From: Azolla caroliniana
Lineage: Eukaryota > Plantae > Polypodiophyta
Direction: 5' to 3'
Assembly (NCBI GenBank): GCA_043228905.1
Contig: JBHGNT010000011.1
Location: 13,764,001-13,828,000 of the forward strand
Length of the DNA stretch: 64,000 bases
Shown here piece by piece: positions 50,930 to 63,232 of this stretch. The notes beneath the pieces were generated by a model. That model worked only from the letters and a program-made list of their open reading frames with translations. It had not been told where the DNA came from and ran no database searches. Position numbers and translations under genes: made by a program. Numbering within the stretch: the stretch's first letter is position 1; every line of letters starts with the position of its first letter.

Positions 50930-52300
50930 AAGCACACATGTTAAATGTGGCCATGCTTTACAAGAACACAAGAAGTGGATGATGAACTTTCTTTTGTTGG
51001 TTGTATATACAAGGACGAGAAATGTAGTCTCTTGGAATGCACTCATTGAGGGGTATATTGAACATGGGTGAGATAATGAAGAATTGATACCTCTCTCCAA
51101 GATAATATCACTTTCATTTGGATATTGAAAGCATGTGGCAACATGGATGATTAGAGTAATTGAAAAGGCCAACATACTTACGATGACATAGCAAAACAAG
51201 AATGTGGCCACAAGAGAACCATTAAAAAAGTCAACATATCCATGATGAACTAGCCAAACAAGCATGTGGCAACATGCCCATTGAGAAAGGTTGTCATTTC
51301 CATAATCAATTAGACAAACTCTCTAGAGAACAATTGTTGGCCATTGCATTGATGGGATGTATATTTTGTCATGCTTATAGAAGCACAACAACAAATACAC
51401 AACGAGCTTTCAACCCAATATATGATGTCTTGATTAGCTTTACTTTTAGGATATTTCCAAAGGATGAGGCGATTATGCACAAAGTAGTTTTGTTTGAATG
51501 CAAGATTGTTGTCTTTCACCCAACAAGATTCACCTCGCTTACATAACTTGAAGGTTTGTGGCACCTTGGGAGCTGCAACAAAAGGTGCCGCAAGCCAGAA
51601 TAAATCCATTATATTAAAACCATGCGCCAACGTATCCACAGTGAAGTAGCTAAATGAGCAAGTGGCAACATGAAACCCATTGAAAAAGGTCAAGATATCC
51701 ATGATGAAGTAGCCAAACAAGCAGGTGGCAACATGCCCATTGAAAAGGTTGGCATATGCATAATGAAGAAAGATATTGTGATCAACAATGTTTTAGTAGC
51801 CACATTTGCTAAATGTGGATTACTTGCAAAACTGCGTGCAATATACCTGAATATCTCCTAGTTTGAAATGTTATCTCATGTTCAACATAATTAACTATTA
51901 TGTCCAACAAAGATGGTGCCTAGAACCTCTTAACATCCTCAAGCTAATGAGAAGTGAGGACATGTGTCAAGATATGGCCATTTTCATATGTATTCTAAAT
52001 GTGTGCTCTCGCTCTAGGTTACCATGACGTGCCTAAGCCTACTTTGATTATCAAAACTATGGACCAATCTTCGAGCATATCATGCTTGCACTTTGATGGC
52101 TTGTTAATGTGTCAAGCAATTCGCTAAATGCCATGAAATCTTCTTTCCATCCTCCTTGACTTTGTTACGCATTGTTACTACTTATAGAAATTGGGATAGG
52201 TTAAGTTTTGGGAAGTTAGCTCTTGATGTAGAGAGGTTAGATACTAGTGCTTCTGAGTATGTCCTTATGGTTAGAATAGAAAATCCGTGCATTGTTGTTG
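50930..52300 (+). pseudogene. Heavily decayed PLS-PPR pseudogene
   Basis: Remnants RNVVSWNALIEGY (~51020), KACGN, FAKCGLLAK (~51810) and KLALD (~52215) with many stops and frameshifts; resembles the 42965 gene. Confidence 0.75.
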
Positions 52301-52339
52301 CTTGTCTCTAACCATTATTCTCAATGTACATATATGTAT

Positions 52340-55300
52340 TGTTCAGAATCAAGCTCAACTTGGTCTAGTGTGTGAACTCACCTTGAGAGTGAATAGACAC
52401 TCCAACAGTCAAGAGTCACCACTATGTCACCACTTTGTATTCTAGCATTTAGTATGAGTCATAGAATCATATTCTATGACACATAACTTATGAGCTTTCA
52501 CATTCCCCATCCTCCATGAGTCTTGTAGTTAATGAAGAGAGAGGGTGACTATATAAAGCACCCTCCTCCCACCTTGTATAGTGTTGTGTCTTTCTCCTTT
52601 GTTATTATACTTTTACCTTGCGTATGCTCTGTGTATTATTCCTTGTCTCTCTCACTCTCTCTCTCTCTCACACATACACACACATAACTCATATCTCTTC
52701 CGCTTCACAAGAATCCATATCCGATTCTTTACATGGTATCAGAGCGATTTGGTAGCTCGATCTAGCCCATTCGCCTCATCGTGATCGTGTGTTGTGCTCC
52801 ACACCGACGACCAAGAACCGGCTCATTGCTATCGTAGCTTCGCTACATAGCTCACATTCGAAGAGAGAAGAAGAAGAAGAAGAAGAATCGACATAATGAA
52901 TACTCAAATGGGGAGCGCTCTCTCTACCGAGAAGTTGGATCAAAACAACTTCGTATCTTGGGAGTACAAGATGCACCAATACCTTGTCGGACAAGGCTAT
53001 TGGAGCTACATCAAAGGAGCGCATGAAGACCGACCCGCCGAAGCGGCTCTCGGATATGCGACATGGGAGCAAGCCGCAAGCCGCGTGATATATTGTTTGG
53101 CGACATGTGTTCATGACCACATGCTCGGTTACATTCGAGAAGCCAAGACGTCGAAGGAAGCATGGGAAAATCTATGAAAGATTTTCGCCGCCAACACGAC
53201 CGCGAGGAAGCTTTAACTCCGCCAAGAGTTGAACAACATTCAACAAAGGGACATGTCCATCAAGACATACACCTTGAAGATCGAGGAGCTTTGCGACTCG
53301 CTCGGCTCAATAAGCATAAGTATAGATGATGATGAGATGGTGCAAATATGCCTCGGCGGCCTCGCACCACGGTTCGGCGCGATGCGACCCGCTGTTCTAG
53401 CACGGGAGAAATCTCCCTCCTTCTTCGAGCTCCAATCAATGCTATTGGTCGAAGAAAACCACGTGCGTACAAGGAGCAATGAGTCGGAAGGCCACATGCT
53501 CTACACGCACTCTAATGGAGGAAGATGACACAGACGAGCGAGAGGCCAGAATTGGCCAAGGACAAGGCGGACGAGGTCCGACCTATGACAACAACTCCCA
53601 ATTTCGACCGCAAAACGGAGGCCAACGAGGAACCTTCGCAAGAAGGGGGTGCTTCCACTCCGGCCCGAGCCGTCAAAACGCAACCGAATGCGGATATTGC
53701 GGAAAGCTCGGCCACCACGAAGAAGAGTGCCGAAAGAAGATACGTGAATCGGCTTCCACAAGCCGACAACTCATGAATTACGTACACAATTCCAACTACG
53801 AAGAGTATAGCGGAATGTACGGGAACAACTCCGACTACGAAGATTGTGGCGGAATGTATGCACGCAACTCCGACCGTGGCGGAATGTTCATGATGAAACA
53901 TAGAGCAAACTCTATGTCGACCTCTACCTCAACTAGTGCCTCTGGTCCGGAAGACGTATGGTTTGTCGATTCCGGTGCCTCGAACCATATGACATCGCAT
54001 CAAGAATGGTTCCGAGAACTTCGAGAGTTGGACCGACCCGGTTATGTCGAAACCGGAGACGACACTACGCACCCGATTCGGCACATCGGCAATGTTCCGT
54101 TCGGAAAAGAACGTAAGCAAAATTACATTAAAAATGTCTTGCATGTACCGACCATTACGAAGAATTTGGTCTTCGTCGGCCAAATTGTAGAGCAAGGGAT
54201 GCAAGTTCGATTTAATCAAGGCGGTTGCTTCATTGAAAAAGAGGGCCGACTCATCACATGCGGACGAAGAGAGGGCCGAATGTTCATTCTCGACTCACAC
54301 GAGACGAAATCCGCCATGTTCGCAAAGGGCATGAAAGCCGACTCCGACATAGAGTTATGGCACAAGCGGATTGGCCATATAAATCTCCAAAAGCTCAAAG
54401 CAATGAAATCGAAAGGACTTGTCATCGGACTCCCAACATTCAAAGAGAAGGAGATTGAAGGTGTATGCGAAGCATGCCAATTCGGCAAGCAACACCGACA
54501 CCCATTCCCGAAAGAGCGGAACGTGAGCAAAGGTCTACTCGACGTAGTCCATTCCGACGTATGGGGACCGGCGCAGACGGCTACATTCGGCGGATGCCGA
54601 TATTACGTGCTCTTCGTCGACAACTTCTCCTGGCACACTTGGATCTACCCGATGCGGCAAAAGAGCGAAATGTTCGGACACTTCCAAACTTTCAAGAATG
54701 AAGTCAAGAAAGCCACAGGCTGACATGTACGTTGTCTTCGATAGGATGGCGGCAAGGAGTACTTCTCGGACGCCTTCACGGCGTATCTCCGAAAGGAAGG
54801 AATTCGACAAGAATTCACTTGCCGACACACTCCGCAACAAAACGGGGTAGCCGAGCGCAAAAATCGGCACATCCTCGAAGTAGCGCGGGCCATGATGAAC
54901 GAGAAGCATATGCCCAAGTCATATTGGGCCGAAGCTGCAAATACGGTCGTCTACCTAATGAACCGATGCACAACATCCGGCGTGCACAAGGTCACTCTGC
55001 ACGAAAAATACTTTGGAAAGAAGCCGGACTTATCGCACACCCGGATATTCGGCGCTATAGCATACGTGCACATCCCCAACGAGAAGCGTCAAAAGCTTGA
55101 TCCGAAGTCGGAGAAATGTATCCTCGTAGGATACTCACTAGAGCAAAAGGGGTACAAGTGCTACAACCCCTCAACTCGAAAATCTCGAGTAAGTCGAGAC
55201 GTCGTTTTTGACGAGTTCGCATCCTGGTATATGCACCAGAGACAACTCCGGCTCCGACTCTGCTCGACCAGGAATCCGCCGAACAAGAGATTGAGGATGA

Positions 55301-57818
55301 GGATCGCCTTACGCACATGTTCGAAGAGAGTCCGATCACGACCCAACCGAGCGAACCACAAGAGCCTTTGAGCGATCAAAGCACATCACGACCTAGCCCG
55401 AAGATGGACAAGGGCAAGGCGAAAATGGCGGAATACGCAGATGATCGTTTCGACGACGACGAGTCGACTCATTCACTTGACAGTGAGTTCGGTGGCCTCG
55501 ATGTACCAATCGGAGCTAAGAAAGCCCTCATCTCAACAAATGAAAATCTCCGTCGCTCCACCCGTGAAAAGAACCTCGTAACCCAATTCGGCTACAACAA
55601 TTATATGGTGTACCATTACGCCTTTATGATGAAGGTAGCGACAGTACGGGAGCCGGAAACCTTTTCGGAAGCCGTGAAGGACCCGCGATGGATCGAAGCA
55701 ATGAACGAGGAGATGCAGGCACTATGGAAGAACGAGACGTGGGATCTCGTTTCCACCTCACCACACAAAAAGGCGATTGGATGCAGATGGATCTACAAGT
55801 GAAGTATAATGTCGATGGCTCCGTAAACCGCTACAAAGCTCGACTCGTAGCGAAAGGATATGCTCAGACACATGGCGTCGACTACGAAGAGACCTTTGCC
55901 CCGGTGGCAAAGATGACGACGATGCGGACCGTAATTGCGCTTGCCGCGGCGAAAAGGTGGCACCTCCATCAAATGGACGTCAAGAACGCCTTTCTACAAG
56001 GTGAATTAGAAGAGGAGGTGTACATGATCCAACCACCCGGCTTCAACTCAAGCACCCATCCGAAAGTTGTATGCCGACTCAAGAAACCTCTCTACGGCCT
56101 CAAGCAAGCACCGCGTGCTTGGCATTCGAAGATAACGCAATATCTTCATCAAATCGGATTCCGAATGCCAAAATCGGACAACTCCCTCTACATACGAAGC
56201 AATTCCTTCCACAAGTATGATCATCATCATTTTATATGTGGATGACCTAGTCATTGGAGGTGAGCATCTCGACGAAATCAATAAGGTCAAATCCCTCCTT
56301 TCTGACAAGTTCGAGATGACGGACATGAAGGAGCTCCACTACTTCCTCGGCATAGAGGTAATTCGGACTCCGGTCGGAATCATGATCTCTCAACGGCACT
56401 ACATCCTCAACTTGTTATACAAGTTCGGTATGGCTGAGTGCAAATCCGCGGCAACCCCGCTTGATCATAATCTCAAACTAGATGCGAACTCCGGCACCAA
56501 AGTGTGTGAGCCGACTCAGTATCGGCAACTTATCGAGAGTCTCATCTACCTCACGATCACTCGACCCGATCTCAGTTATCCGGTCGGTCTCCTTAGTCAA
56601 TTCATGCAAACACCGCGTGATACTCACTTGGATTGCGCTAAGCGAGTTCTACGATACGTGAGCGGCACAATGGATTGCGGCATCCTCTACAAATCCGCGA
56701 TGCCAATATGACTCGAGGTACACAGACTCCGATCAGGCCGGCTACAAAGACGATAGAAGGTCAACCTCTAGATTTGTTTTCTCCCTCGGTAGTGGAGCAA
56801 TTTGTTCTTGTAGCAAGAAGCAGCTGACCGTCGCTCTTTCGAGTACGGAGGCGGAATACAGGGGCGCAGCCATAGCTGCGCGTGAAGCCGTATGGCTCAA
56901 GAGGATTTTAAAGGATCTGGGTGTACCCATCAAGGATCCGACCTCCCTTTACTGCGACAACATGAGCAATATCTATCTGGCTCGGAACCCGGTGTTCCAC
57001 GCACGGACAAAGCACATCAAAGTGCACTATCACTTCATCTGAGAGTGTGTTCTAGCTGGCGATGACAACCTACAACACATTAGCACCAATCTTCAAACGA
57101 TCGACATCTTCGCTAAAGCCTTAGGAGCCGACAAGCTATGACAATTCATGACCGATCTCGTATTGACGATCCCTGACCTGCCAAGCTTGAGGGGGAGTAC
57201 TGAAGACACTACGCAATAACGCATGGATTCCGCAACCACGCAACGAAGCAGCGAAGAGCCGATCTATCGTTCAAAACCGCGAAGAAAGACGCAAGATGAA
57301 GCACAGACTTCGTATCTACGCACTACACAAGCGCATAAAGCGAGTCGACGCGGACTCCGGAACGCGAGTTGAAGCGGATTTCGGATACCATCTGAAACCG
57401 ACCCGACTTGAGCTTGAGGGGGCGTGTTGAGAATCAAGCTCAACTTGGTCTAGTGTGTGAACTCACCTTGAGAGTGAATAGACACTCCAACGGTCAAGAG
57501 TCACCACTATGTCACCACTTTGTATTCTAGCATTTAGTATGAGTCATAGAATCATATTCTATGACACATAACTTATGAGCTTTCACATTCCCCATGCTCC
57601 ATGAGTCTTGTAGTTAATGAAGAGAGAGGGTGACTATATAAAGCACCCTACTCCCACCTTGTATAGTGTTATGTCTTTCTCCTTTGTTATTATACTTTTA
57701 CCTTGCATATGCTCTGTGTATTATTCCTTGTCTCTCTCACTCTCTCTCTCTCAAACACATACACACACATAACTCATATCTCTTCCGCTTCACAAGAATC
57801 CATATCCGATTCTTTACA
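52340..57818 (+). mobile_element. Full-length Ty1/copia LTR retrotransposon, coding region disabled
   Basis: 394-bp near-identical LTRs (52340-52733, 57425-57818); TSD TGTAT (52335-52339, 57819-57823); perfect tRNA-iMet PBS TGGTATCAGAGC (52734-52745); PPT at 57411-57424. Order gag-PR(DSGASNHM)-INT-RT(YVDD)-RH, broken by stops and frameshifts. Confidence 0.97.
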
Positions 57819-60456
57819 TGTATGTACCTTGCTAAATCATTAATATCTTTGTTAATGGTGGACAAAATAGTGTGTTTGAATAGTTCTAAAAGAATGAAGA
57901 TGGCAAATCCTTATGTGGCATGCTTTTAATAATCTTACCTTTACCTATTGACTTGATCACTACCTAGGTGTGGTTGGTTTGAAATTAAGGATGCAACTAG
58001 AGAGCCCCTTTTGACTACTTCTCCAATGCAAGGACATGCATTTGTTTTGCCATGATCAAGCAACATAAAAGGAAGCATTTGTCATTAATTACAATGAAAT
58101 TTTATTACTTGAGGAAGAGTTTATAGGTCTAAGTTCTAACTATATTATTGATTGGTGTCCTCCTATATATGACTTGTGCATGTTTTCTCCTAAAATGTGG
58201 GACCAATTATTAAAACTTTAATTTCATAAGAATTCATCCTTCAGTAAAAATTAGACTCAATGGAGATGTTGTACAGTCAAAATGTGATAATAATTTATCC
58301 GATTAATTCTATGAATTTAAGCTTTCTTAGAATTCATCCTTCCATAAATATTAGACTCGATGGAGATATTCCATAGTCAAAAGGCAATCATTGATCAGGG
58401 TAATTTAATGACCATGTTATAATTAATTATGAATGTATACTAGTAGAAGATAATTTTGTATTAGCCATTTTTGACCAAGTGGAAGAAATTGGAAAGTGTA
58501 TATGGTCAAGTTCACAATGATGAATACATCTTAATAGTAAGTACACCTAAGGGATACAAAAATATGGGCACCATAAATTATTTTTTCTTTCCAAAATGAA
58601 GCTATTTTCCCATTAGTTAGGAGGGCACCATAATTGGTTGTACAAGAACTCAAGTTCCACTTGGTGGCATTTTAAGATGTGTGCACCATCAAATATGTTG
58701 ATTCACCATGGTTGTTGCTCCTTGGGTTTTTTATGACCAATTGAATTGAAGCCTTGCCAAGCACATAAGATTTGTTACCGAGCTCCTTATGCTAGTGCAC
58801 TTGGCGAACCTACTTTGTTCCTTCATGTTGATTGGGCAACTTTATCTCGCAATTCAAAGGCGTGCGCTGCATTCTGTTTTGCATGTTATGTCTTGCTTTC
58901 TATTATAGAAACATGATGCAACCAAGCTCAATGATGGAGAGATTGTTTTCTATAATAGAAACGTGATACAATGAGTGATGATGCAAGGAACGTGTATATT
59001 TCATATACAATCGTGGACAACGAATTTCATTGTTGGATGTCAAATGAGCATTGGGATGCAACAAAATCAAAGTCATCATAGAGTTAAAATGGGAAATCCA
59101 TCATATTATTATATTATACATGCATTTTTTAATGGTTGAAACTACTACACAATTCAAATTACTATAATATATCTATGAAACTACTAATACTCCCATGCAT
59201 CAAGTTATTGAGTTAAAAACCTAGTTTATTTACAATATGATGCTTTCTTGTACTCCATAATGAAGAAAACACACAAAAAGTATTTCATTCATCTAGTATA
59301 TTGATACTAGCAAGTTGCAACATTCATGAGATTTCCCCTCAAGACTACATGTGCGTATATTGTTGAGGTTTGAGAAATGGGTCTTCATATAGATTTAATC
59401 ATCACGTTTCCTCATTTAGATTTTAAAAGCTTTTATGCGGCAATCCCATTTATCTATATTTATCGATTATTTCATTGAATTAAATCAAACTTCACAATTA
59501 TATAAATCCAATACTATTAAAGACCTATTGATTGACAAGAAATTTGGTTTTGATTTTACGAATAACAATCTTGTGTAGACATAAAGTAATTTTGACCTTG
59601 TAGATGTATTAGATGTGTTCTAGCAAAGTTCAACATATAGTATGCTAAGAGCCAAGCATGAGCCAAGCATAAAGGTTTCTCACACGAAATACATGTAAAG
59701 GCAAGGCTTGAATAATATGCCTAGGACACAATATCGTGTGTATTTGCATTGCTCTCCTTTAGAAAGCTATCTAATGTTTTAGAAAGCTTTGTGTGAGGAA
59801 CATAAAATGCAAGATATCTTTGTTGTATACTTAATCTTTGACCCTCATAACTTGGCCAATCTCTCTTTATGAATATCATCACATATCAATCAACTTAGGT
59901 ATGAATCACGATGCTTGCTTTGTGTTGTTTAAAGCTAAGGGGCATTCATTCATCACTAACTAAGTGTGTTGTAAAGAAGAAGGGACACTCAACACTCCAT
60001 CCACGTAAAGACTCTCTCCCTCCTATAAGTTTCGGGAAATTACATAGTAGGAAATTGTATGAAACCACAAGTTTCTTTACCTGAATTTGCAAGAATGGAC
60101 ACACACGCACACATAAAGATACGTTGCAATTTAAGAAAAGTATTAATCAATCAATGAAAGAAGATATAAGTTCGTTTTCTATTATAAAGAGAGAGAGTGT
60201 GAGAGAGAGAGAGTGAGAGAGAGAAGGCAAGGTTCTAGGAAGAAACCGAAGAAGTTTGAATCCCTGACTTGGGCAATCTACTTTTGTTTGGTTTCTTTTT
60301 GTTCTTAAATAAATTCTCGAGACCAATTTTACAACAGCCAAACCGTTTGACGGAAGGTAGTCCAGACAACCATCCTATCTGCCATTTCCTACACATACAC
60401 ATACACATACACATACGAATACGCATACGCATACGCATACATGGGCCGTAATGAAT

Positions 60457-60721
60457 AGTAGTACGTAAAATTCGTGTTCGTAACATTCGTTTTCATATGT
60501 TGGAAAACGAATGCGAATGTTATTCAAATATTCTTGTGTTTTTTTCCCATTTTTTTAATGTTTTTCTTTTTCTTTTTCTTTTTTTCCCATTTTTTAGGCT
60601 TATTTACCTCATAATAAATAGTTAATCCAAAGGTATGGTATTTATCGTTCTTTGAGGGTGTTTTCGTACACGAATGATTTAACCATTCGCGAATGCGAAT
60701 GCAGGTATGGTTCATACTATG
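60457..60721. mobile_element. Second, inverted copy of the hAT-type MITE in the eIF5 promoter
   Basis: Reverse-complement similarity to 32836-33076, including ends TAGTACG...CATACTATG and the internal hairpin; TSD not evident. Confidence 0.8.
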
Positions 60722-60822
60722 GCACTGGAGGGAATGAAATAGGTAATTGCGGAAATGGCCCCCATGGATTGATTATAAGAGAAAGAATGAAACCGAAATT
60801 GGGAAGACAGGTCGGCAGCAAA

Positions 60823-60895
60823 TTAGGGTTTGACGGTATTTATACGCTTCTGTGTGGCTCTCCTACCTCTCTCGCTCTCTCCCCCCCCTCTCTCT
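60823..60895 (+). promoter_or_regulatory. Putative eIF5 core promoter (telo-box, TATA-like, Y patch)
   Basis: TTAGGGTTT at 60823-60831, TATTTATA at 60837-60844, then a CT-rich tract. Telo-boxes are common in promoters of plant translation-machinery genes. Confidence 0.55.
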
Positions 60896-60938
60896 GCAGG
60901 AAAGAAGCTCGCCTCCATCGCTTCCTAGCCGCACGCAG

Positions 60939-61630
60939 GTAAGTCCTCTTCCTCCTCCTCCTCCTCCTCCTCCTCCTCCTCCTTAATTAATCTGGCTTAC
61001 CGCGAAAATTTAGGTTTGCGATTTGCTAGAGTTTTGGTTTTAGCAGTCTGCTTTGGTTCGTATCACATTTCTTGGTTATGACGCGAGATCCTGTCTCAGC
61101 TTTTGATTATAAGCCAGATTATGGAACACTTCGGTTCATAGCCAGCTTGTTAGATGTATCAGATCTCTATTCTGGAGTCGGAAATACAGTTCCGTCTATC
61201 GTAGTAGCTAAACCATAACGAATGTTTTTGTTTAAGATGTCTGGTAGTTGGGTATTGTCAAGATTAGCGATTGTTGTAGGTCTAGCCTAGCGTTTTTGAA
61301 TGGCTGTCCTAGTGTTTTTCTCCCTTGTCCTAGACTCCACGTTCGGGTCCCTAGATGGAATGATCAAATATTAATTCCCTGTCTCAAGTTTTTTGTTTGG
61401 GAGTGATGGGAAGATTTCTGTTCATGAATAGCCGCGCTAAATGGAATTTGCTATTGATTCTTGAAGTCAGTGATTTCAATTTTAAATGTGCGGCAGTTTT
61501 TATTTGATGATTTATCTTGTTAAACGGAATGTGATAATCTTATGTGTTTTATATTCTGATTTATATGGTCATTACTAAAACTTGCACCTTTCAACAGCGT
61601 TCTTGAATGTGTCCTCACAATTGTCTGCAG
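60939..61630 (+). other. eIF5 5' UTR (leader) intron
   Basis: Consensus donor CAG|GTAAGT at 60939 and acceptor TGCAG|G at 61630; T-rich interior. Confidence 0.8.
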
Positions 61631-61656
61631 GTTTTTTGCTAGAAGCAAGCATTGTC

Positions 61657-61863
61657 ATGTACAAAGAGCTCCACAGTCTGTTTATGCACAAGATACCGGA
61701 TTCTAATCAACATTGTATGCATCACTTGACTTCTAAAGTTGAGGGTGAAGTGTCTCCTGGCACATACCCAAATTTTCTGTACTATAGTGTACTTGATCTC
61801 TGGTTTGGAGGTTCTGAGAGGCAGCAGATTCACCCATCATTAGTAGATAAAGGTCCTCTTTAA
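61657..61863 (+). promoter_or_regulatory. Upstream ORF (68 aa) in the eIF5 leader with three in-frame AUGs
   Basis: AUGs at 61657, 61684 and 61717 in one frame, stop at 61861-61863, 25 nt before the main AUG and out of frame with it. Confidence 0.8.
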
Positions 61864-61888
61864 AAAGAAGCGAAGCAAACTTTTAAAA

Positions 61889-63232
61889 ATGGCCCTTCAA
61901 AATATCGGTGCAAGCAATCAGGATGATGCCTTCTACAGATACAAAATGCCAAAATTGATAACAAAGATTGAAGGTAGGGGAAATGGAATCAAGACCAATT
62001 TGGCAAATATGGTTGATGTTGCTAAGGCCCTAGCTCGACCACCTGCATACACAACAAAATACTTTGGGTGTGAGCTTGGTGCCCAATCTAAGTTTGATGA
62101 GAAGACTGGTACTGCTATTGTTAATGGTGCTCATGATACTGCAAAACTTGCAGGTCTTTTAGAAAATTTCATCAAGAAATATGTGCAATGCTATGGATGT
62201 AGGAATCCTGAAACTGAAATTATTATCACCAAAAATCAGCTTATAACAATGAAATGTGCTGCTTGTGGATTTTTATCTAATGTTGACATGAGAGACAAGT
62301 TGACTACTTTCATTCTCAAAAATCCTCCTGAGCAGAAGAAAAGTGGTAAGAAGGGAATGAGAAGAGCTGAAAAAGAACGCCTGAAAGAAGGAGAGGCTGC
62401 GGATGAGGTAAAAAAGGGTAAGAAAACAACCAAAAAGAAAGGGCAAGAAGAGAACGGCCATGTCATTAAGAAGAAAGCAGCTCCGGCATCTGATGGAGAG
62501 AAGCATTCTTCTGGCGATAACCAACAGGATGAAACCGAGGAAGAAAGTGATGATGATGATATCCAGTGGCAAACAGATACCTCTGCTACAGCAGCACAGC
62601 AGCGTATTCAAGAACAATTAACTGCGGCTACTAGCGAGATGGTCATGATCAACACTATACCTTGCAATCCTGATGTTGCCAAGCCAAATTCAGGGAAAAC
62701 TAAAAAGGTCGATCCAGAACTTGAAGTTAAAATGAAGGATTCTAACTCGAAACAGGATGGTTTATCAAGCAATAAAGAGGATCTTCATGAGAAGCTTGTA
62801 CAGGATTTTAGGAAGTCTTTGGCAAGTGACTTCGACAGCAACTTAGTGTCTGCGCGTTTGCATGCATGTGATCCCAAATCTAAGCAGGAAACTATGAACG
62901 CATATTTTGGAGCCTTGTTTTTTGGAACTTCCAAGGGTCTTGCACGAGAAATAGAGAAGAAAAAGAACTTTTTGTCTCAGGTAATAAATGACCAGCAGGA
63001 TCAGGAACTATTGCTTGGTGCTGTTGAGGGATACTACATCACTCAATCTCTAGAAGTTCGTAAAGAAATTCCTCTGGTGTTAAAGGTCCTGTATGACTTG
63101 GATATCATTGAGGAGGAGATGATAGTGCATTGGTATGACAATGGTTCAGGTGATAACCAGATTAAGAAGCATGCCAAGCTATTTGTTGAATGGCTTCAGA
63201 ATGCTGAGTCTGAGGAGTCTTCCTCAGAGTGA
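61889..63232 (+). CDS. eIF5: Eukaryotic translation initiation factor 5 (447 aa, intronless CDS)
   Basis: [29 protein letters not shown], zinc ribbon CYGCRNPET...CAACG, C-terminal W2 domain ending [12 protein letters not shown]; strong start context AAAAATGG. Confidence 0.98.
   Translation: MALQNIGASNQDDAFYRYKMPKLITKIEGRGNGIKTNLANMVDVAKALARPPAYTTKYFGCELGAQSKFDEKTGTAIVNGAHDTAKLAGLLENFIKKYVQCYGCRNPETEIIITKNQLITMKCAACGFLSNVDMRDKLTTFILKNPPEQKKSGKKGMRRAEKERLKEGEAADEVKKGKKTTKKKGQEENGHVIKKKAAPASDGEKHSSGDNQQDETEEESDDDDIQWQTDTSATAAQQRIQEQLTAATSEMVMINTIPCNPDVAKPNSGKTKKVDPELEVKMKDSNSKQDGLSSNKEDLHEKLVQDFRKSLASDFDSNLVSARLHACDPKSKQETMNAYFGALFFGTSKGLAREIEKKKNFLSQVINDQQDQELLLGAVEGYYITQSLEVRKEIPLVLKVLYDLDIIEEEMIVHWYDNGSGDNQIKKHAKLFVEWLQNAESEESSSE

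Noticed and set aside
61582-61656. TTG-initiated extension of the uORF in the ORF track
   Set aside because: Its start lies within the predicted leader intron.
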